Below the pieces are notes generated by a model. The model did not search any database. It was given only the letters and a program-made list of their open reading frames with translations, and had not been told where the DNA came from. The position numbers and the translations under genes were made by a program. A stretch of 64,000 nt of DNA from Azolla caroliniana (lineage: Eukaryota > Plantae > Polypodiophyta), in the NCBI GenBank assembly GCA_043228905.1, contig JBHGNT010000010.1:20584001-20648000 (forward strand), read 5' to 3'. Below, piece after piece: positions 26,917-41,100 of the stretch (its first letter is position 1; the number at the start of each line of letters is the position of its first letter).

Positions 26917-29352
26917 AAAGAGAGAGAGAGAGAGAGTGTGTGTGTGTGAAAGAGAATAATATTATGTGTAACATGAATGTAAGTTGTAACATTGATAACT
27001 TACTCGAGTGTAGATAATGATAGTGTATCATTTATCTAGGCGTATTGAAAGCACAATTGCTGCATATACAATCTATATAATTTGGGATTTCCCTCAAAAG
27101 GTGAAGTTCACTATGGAGAAGAGGCTTTTCTATTTTGGAAGTAGACCATCCATTTTTTTATACTATTTCAATACTTCTTATTATTATACATCAATGACAC
27201 TCTTAATATATTTAGAGGTGCACAATTGTTGGGAAATTTTTGTAGCATTTAAATACATCGATTTATTAAGTATTAACAATACATCGAAAGGACTAGGGCT
27301 TTATTAACAATCATCGATTTTGCCCATTTGGAAACTTTATTCTAATGCTCGAACAATTGTATAAATGAAGTTAGAACTTAGAAAAACAAGTTCCAATAAC
27401 ATTGTACGATTTAGACATACACACTCCAATTTTGAATATGATAATTTCCTAAACTCTTGTAGAGAAAATATAACTTGAAGTAGATTAAGGAACTACGATG
27501 CCCATTCTTAAAGCAACAATAAAAACTATCAAAAAGTGAATGCAAGTCTCTATATAGTTTGAGAATGAGTGAAGTCATAGGAAATTCCTCCATAGACAAA
27601 GTTTAATGTATTTGCCATGTAAGTGCCGGTGATACATTTTATTAGTAGCTTCATAATATGTATTGAGACTGCAAGAAAATGTCATGCAAGTTTAACAATG
27701 CTAAATTATAATGCCATGCTAATCATCAATGAAAAAACAAGTAAGCATCAATTAAAGGGCACATTCTCCCAAGTATGACAAGCCAAAACATATTATTGAT
27801 ATATTTCATCTAAATGTCTTAATTCTTTGTGATTGCACATACAACTAAACACTTATAGTAGTGTACATGTATGTAGCCAAAGTCCTTTGTTAATCACATA
27901 CATATAATTGGCATTGAATTTCAACAATTAGTCACTTCTATTTGGCAAACCTAAAGTTAACCAACAATTAATGTATTACCAAGACTACTCAAAAGTGCAA
28001 TTAAATGTCTTGTTGATGGCTCAAATTAATTATTGATGGCTCAAAACTTATGGACAAATTGTATCGCTAAATAATTACATACCTTTCTTACTTACACAAG
28101 TTGTAATGGTGATTATTACCAATCTATGTGTTATTAGGTGTTCAATAAAAATATTACAACGGCTTAGACATGGCACATAATATAATAATAATGATGAGAA
28201 ATAATAATGTAACTTTTTTTATGAGCAATCTACTTGAAATTCTGTCTCTAAGTATTTCAATTGTAAATCATGATTCTAAAATCGGACACCAAAGATTGGT
28301 CTACCATGCCCTGCCACTTTGCAATTCCAACCTAACCATCTTGTCAAATAATGAATATTCAAGAAAAACATATCTCAAAATATAAAAGCATATCTCATTA
28401 CGACATATTAGAAGGTTAAATGAAACCACTACAAAGCTATAAAATTGTTGCAAAGAAATCCACTACCAAGAAAGAAAAGACTCCACCAACATTTTGTTGT
28501 ACATGACCAATAATGCGTTAATTTCAGGTTCATGCTTATAGATGTTTTAAGTAATCACCCACTTGTTACAAATCCTCGTTAATTGTAAAACAAAAGAAAT
28601 AAACAAGGAATCAAGTGAAACCTAAACAAAAGCAATGTGTAACAACAATATGACGAGCATAAGGATAATCAAACATCAAGAAACAGATGAAAAACATGAA
28701 TTCTGATCATGTTTATCACTTTGGAATGGAGATCTGCATAAGCTTTGATTACTATTATCATTCTGGAACTATACTGTGTCTTATGATCAGTATTGAAAGG
28801 GGCCCTCTATCAGCTTCAATTGTCATTAACCCCTAGCCTCAAAAGCATGGTTACAAAGAACAAATTACAGATTATTTTAATTTATGTTTTTGAAGCTAAT
28901 TATTCTGTGCCATGTCATTAACCCACGAAAGGCATTCTGGATCAGCAACACATTCCAATTTCTAAGGCTATCCTCACAAATTAGTTGAAACAATACAAAA
29001 AATTTGTATAACATGGTTTGAATAAAGTTATAGAATAGGCATCATATTCCTATTTGTTAAATTGTTTGACAGTCTTCACTCTATGTCAATTGTGAGATTT
29101 CAATTATAGACACATGAAAAGCATTCTGAAGTAGCACAATATTCATAGTTCTGAGACCACCATCACTGATCATGTTTTATCATTGTGAGGTTTCAAGGAT
29201 AAGAGCACATGCAAAGCATCCTAGAGAGCACAAAACGTGGTTGAAAATAATAAGCAGGGTTTGATAAGTTTAATTTCTAACCCCGTTTCACAGTTCAATT
29301 ATTTATTAGGCCTCATTGGTTGACGAAAAATCTTATGGCATATAACACCATC

Positions 29353-32300
29353 TCACTTCCCAGCTGACGCTTTACAAATAGGGCATTCATTCTTTTGTAA
29401 CAGCCATTGCTTTATGCAATCTATGTGATGGCTGTGTCCACATACCAACACCCCAAGTTCGCCAAATTCCTCAAATTCTTCCTGAAAGTATATATAAAGA
29501 ATTTTAAGTCACAACGACTGCATTCATCTTGCAAGATTTCCAAGATAGGATCCTTGAAAAATTTGTTTGATAACACTAAATGGAAGTTTTTAGCAGAAGA
29601 TCTAATTTTGAAAATAGATATGGTAACAGCAGATTGTTGATTCAAGAATAGATGTTTTCGGCTGTTATACCTGACATATGCTGCATTTGATCTCACTGTC
29701 TTGAGGAGCACATGTGTTATTTTTATCTGGTGGGACATAGTGAACTATCCTCACGCACTTCATAATTGATTCCTCACTCAAGCCCGTGTTCACGTTTCCT
29801 ATCTTCTCTTCAAGGGCCAAGAGTTCCTGGAGATCAAAACATCAGAGAATCATAGGTCTCAGAATGTTCTTTGAAGCCATTTGCAGAAATTGATCATTAA
29901 TATGATTCATATACCTCATACGACATGTTGTCTATGTCTATCCGCATGTCACTGTAGTTATCATATAGGCCAATGCCACCAAGAAGTATGGTAGCTTCAA
30001 GCATGAGTATTTGCTGTAAAATCCAAGAGAGCGAAGAATTTAGATTTCTCTCCAAAACCAGCAAGGTATAATCAGATCAGCTATACCAATTTGAACCCCA
30101 AATATGCACAATAACAAAGGTCACAAAACTATAAAAGGTGGAGCATAGCAGAATTATGTACAAGCTCAATAAATGCACAGTTGATGGTGCTCATGTTCTT
30201 ACCCCAATGACAAGATAATGGATAGATCTATCATTCTATATCACTTTCAAATAAATACACAAAATATTAAATAAATACCTAGGTCAAGAAACAAGAGAAA
30301 TCCAACTTTCAAATAAATACACAAAATAATCTAAACTTACATAATACAATGGAAATACCAAAAGAACAAACCAACATTCAATCATATTGACAGATGAGAA
30401 TTGAAACTATATCATCAACATAAACTTCCATCCCCACAAAAATATCAAATTTACACATCATGCAATGGCATTACCAATAGATCACCCCATTAAAATTCCA
30501 CATACATCACTGTTTAAGGTTTAAAAAAATATTACCTCAGAGAGACTTTCTGCATTTAAACGAGTGTGTAACTCCCCAGGAGATATGGAAGACCGAAAAG
30601 CAATGGTTTCTAAAGCTGAGGAATCATGCAGAATAACTTGTTGATTTGTCAAAGGAGATGAATGAATCATGCGAGAAAAGTAGGTATCCGAGTTTAGAGC
30701 AGAAACACTAGGACGAAGTGAAGAGCTTGACTCCAAGAACGCTTCAAAAGGCGGTAAAGGTAATGGTGGAGGTGGTCTGCCAGGAGGAGGACCAGAAAAA
30801 CTAGACCTCATGTACTGCCTCTCTCCTACCCCCCTGTTGGGACTTCTGCTTTCTGGTCTGGATACCGCAGCTTGATTTCTGTACAAGCTTCTCCTTAAAT
30901 CTCGCTGGCTAGAAAATACCTCATCTCCAAAGGGAGGAATTGGTTGAAGAAAAGTACTGTTCGAACTAGACTCGCCATCATTATTCCTGAAAAACCGAGG
31001 ACCTCTTGCTCTCCTAAAATTTGCTGTCGGAAAAGACCTATTTTCCAGAGATGGAGATGTATGAATCACATTGTTTCCTGATTCAACTGAGGCTATGGTT
31101 CTGTTTATCCTTGTCTCCTTCTGAAGAAAACTAGGTGATGCTCTTGAACCTTGAGAAAATTCAAGCTCAGCACTGCCAAAATTTTCCGCTTGAGATTTAC
31201 CATTCTTTAAGCTAGTTCTCTGCTCCTCTGAGAGAGTGAGATCCCCATTTTCAATATGTTCCTTACCCGGATAAACACCCCTAGAGGTTTCTCCATCCCC
31301 ATCATGACCAAATGTTTTGGATATCTTTCTGAGATGAAGGTGATCTCCATTACAATTTGTTGAACTTGATGAAGATGCTAAGACATCTGATGGAGAAGCA
31401 CAAGTTAACCCATTCAATGAAGAACAAGACACAGATGGTAAGACATCAGATGCAGATGCACAAACAAAGTTACTTAACCCACTACAGCTGCTATGCCCAG
31501 AATTACCATCTTTATTTCTATGCCCTAGGTCAGGTGCTCTGACCTTATGAACATGGATAACTGTTTTCTTTTTACCTCTCTGATCACCACCACCTGAGGA
31601 AGATGAAGACTGGCCAATCCGTTTTGAAACAATTGTCATATTGCGGCTCCTTGGCAAATTATGATACTTTCTTTCGCGTGGACTCTGTTCAATTTCATTC
31701 TGGTACACCGGATTGTTATTATTATGCCTATATTTCTTCTCTACATGTAGAGGAGCTGAAACATCATGAATTTGTGGCTCTTTAGAAGAGGATCCTTTCA
31801 GTCGGAATTTCTGAGAGACATTAGTAGGTGAAGCATAATGTGGTCTGCATTGATCAGAAAAAATTGGGTTGCTTCCTAGTTCATAAGAATTTATCGTTGT
31901 TTGGGGCACAGATCGAGCTCCCCAATTTGGCATAATGGGATCTTGGCTTTTATGTCTCCTAGCATCTCTGTCAACAGATTTCTTTCTTGATCTAGAAATA
32001 GAAGTTCCCATTAAAGTTCGCGAGTTTTGCCAGCCAAATTGATTGTTCATATGATCATTTACAGTTTCATTCACTGGCAAGACTAGAGTTTCTCGAACAT
32101 CTGTATGTGACTCAGATCTAGCTACATCTGAACACCCTATTAAATCCTTCTTCGAGAAGGTGTGTAGTAAAGGAGAAGTTCTTGGACAATCCTTCTTGCT
32201 AATCCTGTTGTTGGAAGATTTTTCCCCAGCATGATGCAGCATAGAAGCAGTGAATTTTGAATTACATCCTTCATGATCCGCAAGATCTTTTGACGATGTT

Positions 32301-32359
32301 ACATGATGCATTCTCTTATCATTCGTTGCATATTGCTTCATTCTCTGCGAATAATGCAT
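29353..32359 (-). CDS. RING-H2 E3 ubiquitin ligase, YEELL/CTL family (MBR/HIP1/RHG1A-like), about 735 aa
   Basis: Exons 30536-32359, 29915-30013, 29671-29826 and 29353-29481, all GT-AG, phase 0. The C-terminus reads DMRIDIDNMSYEELLALEEKIGNVNTGL and CSICQEEFEEFGELGVLVCGHSHHIDCIKQWLLQKNECPICK (C3H2C3). The N-terminus is long and Ser-rich, likely disordered. There is an in-frame stop upstream of the ATG, a 5'UTR acceptor at 32440/32441 and a candidate upstream donor at 33835/33836. Confidence 0.93.
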
Positions 32360-33989
32360 TTCTAGACCACCTATCTACTAATGAGGCTGTTTATTCTTGG
32401 CTTTGCTTCTGATGAAGTAAAAAATCCTTGACTCTTATATCTGCACACATGAAAGTAGATGGGGGCAAATGTCATGTCACATAATGAAGTAAATGCTACT
32501 GTGAAACAATGAAAGAAAATGTGATAAATTATAACAGATTTAAAAAGGGAGAAAAAGAAAATCAGATAAGAAACTAATGTTTCTGAGATTGAAACCAATA
32601 AAAAGGAAGAAGGTAAAGATTACAGACATGAAGCTAACTAGTCAGGAGAAAAAAGATCACATTCGTCACCATTCACAAATTTCTAATATTGCACAGAACA
32701 TAACAATCCAGTATCAAGAACCTGAGGATGGAATATTCGTCAATATCATCAAAAACAGAATGCAGAATGAATTTATCCGGGTTGGAATGATAACTAGAAG
32801 AAAGTCATCGTACGCTTAAGATTCTGAAGAAAGGAAAGCCAAATATTTCAAGTTAATCGATAACACAGTACATAAAGATGACAAGGAGATCAATAAAGAT
32901 GCAAACAAGTAAAAAAGAAACAAAATAAGAACTACATATGCATTGTTAAAGGGGGAAGAAAAGAGAACAGTGGCGTCCAATCAGAACTACGTACAGATCA
33001 AAGAAATAAATACAAAATATGACGATAATTGCAATGATGGTACAATTTTGATGAGCAAAAAATTCTTAGATGGAAAGACTAAACATTACATATGCCAAAA
33101 ACGGAAGAAAGAAACTCATTGAACTGGGATGTATACAGTGAATAACTTTAAAAGCGAAATCGCGAAAAAGGAGCAGACAATGGCAGTTAAGGTGTCTCTC
33201 TGTTAAAGGAAGTAGGAGCTTTGATACGCCATAGTGAAATGAATGACAAAGCTACGGTTAGGAAGCGATCATTCTGTCAATGATCTGATCGAATTAGAGC
33301 TTCAAATTGCCATAGCGAAAAAGAGCAAGCTTTGGCATTAAAGTATATTTCTTTCAAAAAAACTCTGATAGAATGACGAGATTCAAAACTAAATAGCCAA
33401 AGAAAGAAGCAAGATATGGCCGGCAAGATTTCTTTTCTTGGAGTCGATGGAAGTTTCAAGATGCCATAGACAACATTATCTGTGGAGGGAATCTCTTCTA
33501 AGCGTGATTAATGGAGCTTGTAAGACGCTCATACCAAGAAAATCAGGTTGCAAGTTATCTCTTTTGTTGAATAGCTTTTGTTAGTTATTGACAGGAGATT
33601 CAATATCACGATAAGCGAACAGGCAAAGTATGGCTCTGTGGTTATCTTACTACAGACAGTTCCTTTTCTGTGGCGTTAATCACCGATAAAAAACATAGAA
33701 GTAAAGAATAATGAAACTAGAAGAAAAGAAAAGAAAAGAAAGAAAGAAAGTGAAGTCTACGTTATTAAGAATGCTTCTTTGTCTGCTTCAGCAAACAAAT
33801 AAATATCTTCTTTTAACTTATCCCGATCTTATTACCTTCTCTAACGCTGGAAGTGGCAGAAGAAGAAGAAGAAGGTAAACTCCGTCGCCATTTTCACGGT
33901 TCTCTGGAAGTTGTGTTTAGATTGTCACCATCCGCTATGAAGCATGGAAGAGGGATAGACAGTGAAAGCTTTCTTCAGATAGACAGAGA

Positions 33990-34345
33990 GAACACGGTAA
34001 AAGATTTCTTCAGGTTTTCACCATTCTCTCCACAAATAGAAAGAGATAAGAGGAAGTGAAAATTTTCTCCAGGTTTTCACCATTCACAACACAGGGATAG
34101 ATGAAGAGAGTTACAGCTTTCTTCGACTATTCACCATTCACTAAGCAATAGAGAAACACGCGCGTGGACGAGCAGTGAAGGATTTCCTCCGATTTTGACA
34201 CAATTAGCAAAATAGAGAGCGAGAGAGAACAAAATGACTGTTTTCTTCAGATTTTCATCGTTCGCATTGTAGAAAATGAGAGCGCGATTAACGAAACGCA
34301 GTGAAACGGCTTTTGCTTCTTCGATCAGATTCTTGCCATTCTCAA
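33990..34345 (-). repeat. Degenerate ~55-75-bp-period array (6 units) upstream of the RING gene
   Basis: The core TTTCTTCAGGTTTTCACCATTC or variants occurs at about 34005, 34063, 34118, 34183, 34242 and 34316, with variable purine-rich spacers. Confidence 0.7.
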
Positions 34346-34446
34346 AAGAAGCGGAGCTATGGCGTCTTTGAGAATGATATGTAACCTCTCTCGGTAACCA
34401 GACAAAACACGCGGAGAGAGGGAGAGGGAGGGAGGGAGGGAGACCA

Positions 34447-34469
34447 AAACCCTAACTCAACTTAGGGTT
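34447..34469. promoter_or_regulatory. Inverted pair of telo-box motifs
   Basis: AAACCCTAA (34447-34455) and TTAGGGTT (34462-34469), next to a GA/GGGA tract upstream of the RING gene. Confidence 0.5.
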
Positions 34470-34607
34470 AACAGACGAAACGCTTCAATTCCACCATCTT
34501 CTTCTCTCTTCCTGTCAATGTATGAAGCAAAAACTATCATAAAGAGATACAAAACTGTTCTTCTTCTCTTCTTCCTCCGCCACTGCCCCCTTATTTCTCT
34601 CCTCAGT

Positions 34608-34795
34608 TCAACGTCTTCTTTCTTCTGCTACGTCGTCCTTCCTCTTTCTTCTTCTTTCTTCTGCTACGTCGTCCTTCCTCTTTCTTCTTCTTTCTTCTGC
34701 TACGTCCTTCCTCTCCTTCTTCTTCCTTCTTCTCCTTCTTCTTCTTCTTCTTCTTCTTCTCTTTCTCTTTCTTCTCCTTCTTCCTCTTCTTTCTG
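34608..34795. repeat. 33-bp minisatellite (about 3 copies) grading into (TTC)n
   Basis: TTCTTCTTTCTTCTGCTACGTCGTCCTTCCTCT repeated, followed by a (CTT)n run. Confidence 0.9.
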
Positions 34796-34840
34796 TGCCA
34801 CTCACTGAGTGTGTGTCTCTGTCGCTCTGCAGAGAAAGAA

Positions 34841-34879
<39 letters not shown>

Positions 34880-34946
34880 AGAGCGAGTGAGTGAGTGTTG
34901 GGGGAGGGGGGGGGGGGGGGGGCTGTTTTTTAAACGTGGCTTGGGT

Positions 34947-35119
34947 CTCGATTGTCCGTCCGGTCTCAAATCAAATGTCCGTCCGGCCTCAATTGTCCGT
35001 CCACTCTCCGATTGTCCGCCCTGTCCCAATTGTCCGTCCAATCCCAAATGTCCGTCCCAGCCTCCGATTGTCCGTCGTCTTGGTCCCAAATGTCCGCCCC
35101 GCCCTCCGATTGCCCGGCC
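34947..35119. repeat. GC-rich array of (A/T)TGTCCG(T/C)CC motifs, 9 units, 18-23-bp spacing
   Basis: TGTCCG at 34953, 34976, 34994, 35013, 35031, 35049, 35069 and 35091, plus TGCCCG at 35111. Confidence 0.9.
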
Positions 35120-38100
35120 AATGAGTAACTTAAAGTCACAATGTGCCACAAGTTACTTCTTCATGATAAAATTTATGCATCTTGAAGGTGTAAATAAATA
35201 AATAAAAATGCTTGTGTCATTGCCTCAACTACTACTGCATAAGCGAACAACAAGGGGCAAAACAAAACAAATTGATACTCCTCCGCAAAAACAAACTATT
35301 AGGTGACGCAATTTATTAAATTCAACTCCTCGTTGAGTGGATGTCCTCATCTATACAAGGATGATGTGAACTAGTATCAGAAATCTCACACATACATCTC
35401 TTTCGTATGCATATCTAGAAGGGTCCTTGTCTTCACATTATTGAATAATGTTATAGAGGTCTTGCTTTATACAATTGGGATTCACTACTCGTAAATGGCA
35501 AGTGGATCCGTACATTATCACGAGTTGTCGCATGGGGGAGTTGCAAATGCATTTGCACTTTCCTTGATTGTCCACCCAGACTACATTGACATGAATGGAG
35601 TAACAAATTGAAGAGTCAATTTCGTGTTCCAATGTCATCTCATGTATATGTAACACTCCATTACATACAAGGCAACAGAGTTGGAACAGTTGCAAGAATG
35701 TTATGAGTTCACCTAATCGCATATTAGCATCGTCGTGCCATTCAAAGCCAGATACGCAATAATTGTCCTCTACACTGATGTCTCGCAATGGAGAAAGGTG
35801 CATGGTGGACCTAGCTTAAAAAATAACACATCCACACTTTTTTGCCTAAATGCATGAGTTGCGTGTCTTTTAGTACTCATTGGAGATTCTCATGTGATGC
35901 TTTATTGGGTTCCATTGGTCATGTTACGAGACTCCCAAGGACAATTAAACATCGTCTTATTATCTCGATATTGTATTCTTAACATGTGTTGCCAACAATG
36001 TATAAATGTGTTGCATGATTTCAAATGGCTCTAATGTCAAGAATAGTAAACACACATTTATCTCGTATGGTAACTACTTCCAAATATAGGCTAACCACAT
36101 TGCCTTGCTACTTGACAAATTTTATCCACTGGAAGTTTGAGTTTGAATATATTGGACCCGCACCTCCTTTGCGATCACAATACCAAATTAAATTAAAATT
36201 TAAAAGTAAACCATAAATGGAGGCCTAACAATATGCAATGATGTTGTTTTCTCAACCCAAGCCAATGTGAAAGTGTGAAATATATTAGAAAGTTGCGAGT
36301 ATAAAAACAAGCATAGGAGTCAAGACTGAATGGGTGTGGGAATGCTATCTCAAGTAATGCAAATATCAGCAAGACTCCAATACCCCCAAAAATGAACAAT
36401 TCCTTCACAAGCTTTGTCCATACATTGTTTTTGCGTTATTTGAAATTGAGGTATCAAGTGTGCCATGTTATGTAGATAAAACACCTAGAGATGAAGAGAT
36501 AAAGACAATAATATATAAAGCAATAGATCAGAGGAATCAATGAATCTTCACCGCGACCATGTGTTCCAAATCCAATTGTTTTCATAATTGGGAAAACATT
36601 AAGGTTTTGACAATAAAAACATGTTATAGTAAAGGTTCTCAATAACTGATGAAATCCATGCCATTGACGGATTTGGCATCATTATGCAATAACAAAAAAG
36701 TCATTGTCGAATGCTAATGACATTGCATAGAAAACATAATGAATGTAAGGCTTCCCTCGTACAACATGTAGCATATTCTACCTTCATGATGTTTTGATTG
36801 CACGCACATTTTCACCTTACATTTAAGCGTATTAAAGTCCTTCATGGTCTAGTAGATCCCTTTGCTTGTGATTAGGGTATTGATATCAATTTTAGGAAGG
36901 TGAGAATTGTAGCATGTTCAATTATTCAACCATGAAACAAGGGTACATGGAAGTGTGTGGGACTATCACAAGGCAACGGGAATTAAAAGCCTCCCCCTTT
37001 GATGTAACGTTGCTTTCATTGACGATTTTAACCCCATACATGTACAATGCCATTACATCGAATATGTACTTATATATATTCCACTATTGTTCATTTTTAT
37101 CTTTTGAACAGTGTTTGTATTTATAGCGCCTATTTGCGTAAGTTTTCATGACATTGAATTTCCGAAAGCTTTTCGCATCTATTGTTCGTTCTGCTTTTAT
37201 TTCACTTTCGTGTGCATTGAAATGTCAAGAAATGCCTCATCATCTATTGTGTACTGCGCATTTTAAAGATTGATATATTTTGAATGAGGGATTGTCCATT
37301 GTGTGGAGTTTGATAATGCATGCGATATTGCGATAGTAATGGCCTTGTTACCTTTAGGGAGCAAGGGAATTGTTATAGTAAGAAGTTGATTCGGTTCATA
37401 TTTGTACCATATCATAGCATATATTTGACATTTTAGAACATTTGATTTGTAACTGAATCATTAATTTCAATATTCATTGACCCATTGTGGGAGCTCTCAA
37501 GGCCATCCAATAAAGAAAGTGCATCAAATCATGTGAGACCTGGATACAATGTGTATTATTTGGATTTTGAGAACTATGGTTGCAAGTTCCATAGTACGTA
37601 AAATTCGTGTTCGTCTAGCATAACATTCGTTTTCGCATGTTGGAAAACGAATGCGAATGTTAATGAAACATTCTTGTGTTTTTTTTTTTGTTATTTTCCC
37701 CTTTTTTAAAGTTTTTTTGTCTATTTCCTTTTTTTTAGGTTTATTTACCTCATAATAAATAGTTAATCCAAAAGTATGGTATTTACCATTCTTCTAATGG
37801 TGTTTACCATACTCGAATGATTAAAAACATTCGTGAATGCGAATGCACGTATGGTTGCTACCTCCTACCATGTCATGGATAGAACATAAATAATATTTGT
37901 CCATTTTAAACAACATTATCAAATTCATTGCTCGTTGTATATAGAAGGAGCACTTCCATTTCAACCATTTTTTGTTGCTACCCGATCATGTTTTGTATAT
38001 CACAAGTTCATAATTTCGCCTACGATTGTCACATGTTTATTTTGATTAGTTGTAACATGGACGAAATGGAGAGTTGAAGTCTAATATAATAAAGGCACAC

Positions 38101-41100
38101 AAATTAGACCATTGGATTAATGATATGTGCGAAATGTTGTTATTTCATAATTCGAAGATCCAAATGGTGAATGTGGGAAGCACATTTGTACCGATGTCAC
38201 GTAAGAAACACAGTATTACGGGCATATTAAATTGAATCATCATAACTCATAACAAATATATGACATGTGTTTCAAGGGATTGGGAGTTATGACATACTCT
38301 AAAACAAATCTTCTTGTTTTGCTTAATGTTATTCCTATTTCTTATGAATTTAACATTGCATTCCTTTTTACGTCATGATCTTCTTATATGTCTCGTCCAA
38401 AACATATTGACACAATATATATCAAATTTGTGTATTGGAATAATGTTCTTGTTTTTCAACTATCACCGATTCACCCCTTCGGTCTCTATTTTATTTTTTT
38501 CTATGAAGTTTTGCCACGGTGAAATGATAAACCAATCACTTGACCATATATAGCATTGGGTTCACTCCACCAAACCTTTGTGCGAGGTGTGCCTCTTCCC
38601 TAAGATAGGTTCATTTATAATACATATTTGTTGAAACAAACAATAAGAAAACAATACTCCAACAAAGCACGATAATTTTATATTGCTTAAATCTGTGCAA
38701 TATTTTTTCCATCAAAAACCTATTATGAAATTATTTTATTAGAACAGTAATAATTGTGAACACTGTGAAAATACACTCCACATAGATTCTTCCATGGACT
38801 TGTCATTCAATCGATCATATCAAGCAAGCACACTTTATCCTATAATAAACATAATACAATGAATGTGGGTTTATTCATCTGTGTGCTCTAAATCATAGCA
38901 GGAATCACGTTAATAGTGGCAACATTTAGACATCATTGACATCGGGTAGCCTCGTAAATATTTCATATTGTTTTTCGCTCATGACATTTATAAAACTCAC
39001 TCCACACCCAAATATTTCTAGAGTATTATTCATTATTCATTATATTCTTTAACGTACTTGAAATCCATAATCTACTTTGATACAACCTAGGCACACGCAC
39101 GATGGTATAGATATTCGGTGCACGTGTTTCACTTTGAATATTAGATCATGTGTACAACTTTCTGACAAATATATCATAACATCGCGTAGTTATCTGGAAA
39201 TTGTGACCTAAGGTGTGGACCATAAAAAATAATTCATTTGACATGTTAAACCCCTTAAGATAGGTCATATCCATGAGTGAGCATCGTCCATTCTAATAAA
39301 GAGGGAGCTTCCAAACATGTGACTATAAATTGATTAAAACCAAGACTCAATGATAAAGATTAATATCATTTGACAGAAAATCAAGGGTTAATATTTATCA
39401 AGAAGGAGTTCAATGAGAGATATTAAACACACATTCTCACCCCTCACCGACATATTATGGGAGATTTTCTTCAATGTGTGTGTTCACTACTAACATGGAT
39501 ATCAATTGGTTCATCCAAAATGACGTCTTACCTATATAAGTAAGCCATCTAGTTTTTAAAGCAAAAACTAATGTATGTCATACGAGCATGCCTTCTAAGC
39601 TTCCTAGCAACTTGCATTAATTATTTTCAATATTAGGAGTCATGACTATAACATGTTTTTTACTTGAAAGGCACTTTTATATGGTTCCATCACATGTGTA
39701 GAATTAAACTAAGATTTGTCTTGAAAACCATTGTTGAGTGTCAAAGCATTCAAAGTTCGTGTAGAGGTTGTGGGCTCAAATCTCATCATTGTTACTTCTT
39801 AATGACACTATCATATGGTATAAATAACATATGTTGCCGTTACAATTTGTCATCATTAAATTTAAGTTTCACATTTTTGCTGGTATGTGAGAAATGATAA
39901 AGTGGAAATTTAGTCATTGCACATATAAGTAATGTTCGAGTGGAGAAATTGAACGGGAATAATAGAGGAAAATGACATTTAATTTGAATTTCCTACAATG
40001 GATTATATTAGGGACTAATCACACGAGTAAGTGTTTCCAAAATCAAGTTTAGTAAAATTAATTTTGTTTCATGACAATAATAAATCACATGTGCACCTAG
40101 AAATAAAACACTATAATCTCACACAATTAGCCCAATAGCATACATTGTTCGAAAAATGTTGCGACGAATTAGGGATGTTGCAAATTCGAAGGCACTTATA
40201 AGAGATTAACGTAAAGGTTAACATCCATTTCTATATTATTTAATTTATCCGTACGCTTAACTTAGGATTAAAGGATTAATATAATGTATAACCCATTAGG
40301 ATTGTTTGTATTTCGTAACAAATGAATTTATTCCAATTCCCCACATCCCTAATGACAATAGTAATACTTTTGAGAATGTTATCTTTATGTCGAATCCAAT
40401 AGCTCAATCTCCATGCTATCATGTTCATGATATTATTCCAATATTTATTTTATCGTGTTGTAGCATATTTTCTTTTCTTAACGTCTCCTCAATCCATGTA
40501 CAAGCCTCTTGCTCGAGATTCAAGACTAAAGACTCGAGGCTATGGATCTTGACACAATAAAAAAGGTGGTCGTTTTTCTTAAGTAAGAGATACACACACG
40601 TTTAGCCAAAACATTGTATTGCTAAAGTATCAACTTCATTGTTTACACACAAAGCACGAGATTTGATGATTGCTCCCCTTTTCGTCTAGACTTTTGTACA
40701 ACTAACAAATTTATCTTTCCCTTATTATAGGGATGTCATGATGGGCGTTCCTCACATATTAGTTATCTCTCTAAGCACACACACACACACACACATATAT
40801 TGGTTGCAATCGATCTACACTTAACTACAATAGAAATACGTACACACAATGCAAAAATATTATTGAGTCATGTCCTTAAAAATATAACACAACATTCAAT
40901 GCAATTTTCATGGGAACGAGGGAATTCTATAATACTCGCTCTTTAAGGGTATTGCAATCTTCATTAGAATGCTTTATAGATCATATCATTTGTTTTAAGA
41001 ATAAGTTAAATGCTCTAACATATACAAGTAAAAGCTCAAGGATACTAAATTATTTAAGGCTCTTTTTCCCTCGTTTCCTCAATATATGTGCGACATCATT

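Noticed and set aside
30203-30235. Possible 33-nt micro-exon in the RING gene
   Set aside because: AG/GT borders exist, but the peptide (NDRSIHYLVIG) has no family resemblance and the gene is in frame without it.
33990-34345. CRISPR-like repeat-spacer appearance
   Set aside because: The repeats are too degenerate, the spacers share purine-rich similarity, there are no cas genes, and the context is plant nuclear DNA.
34518-35201. Arg-rich protamine-like and Cys/Pro-rich ORFs
   Set aside because: Products of the (TTC)n, 33-bp and TGTCCG repeats; no independent coding evidence.
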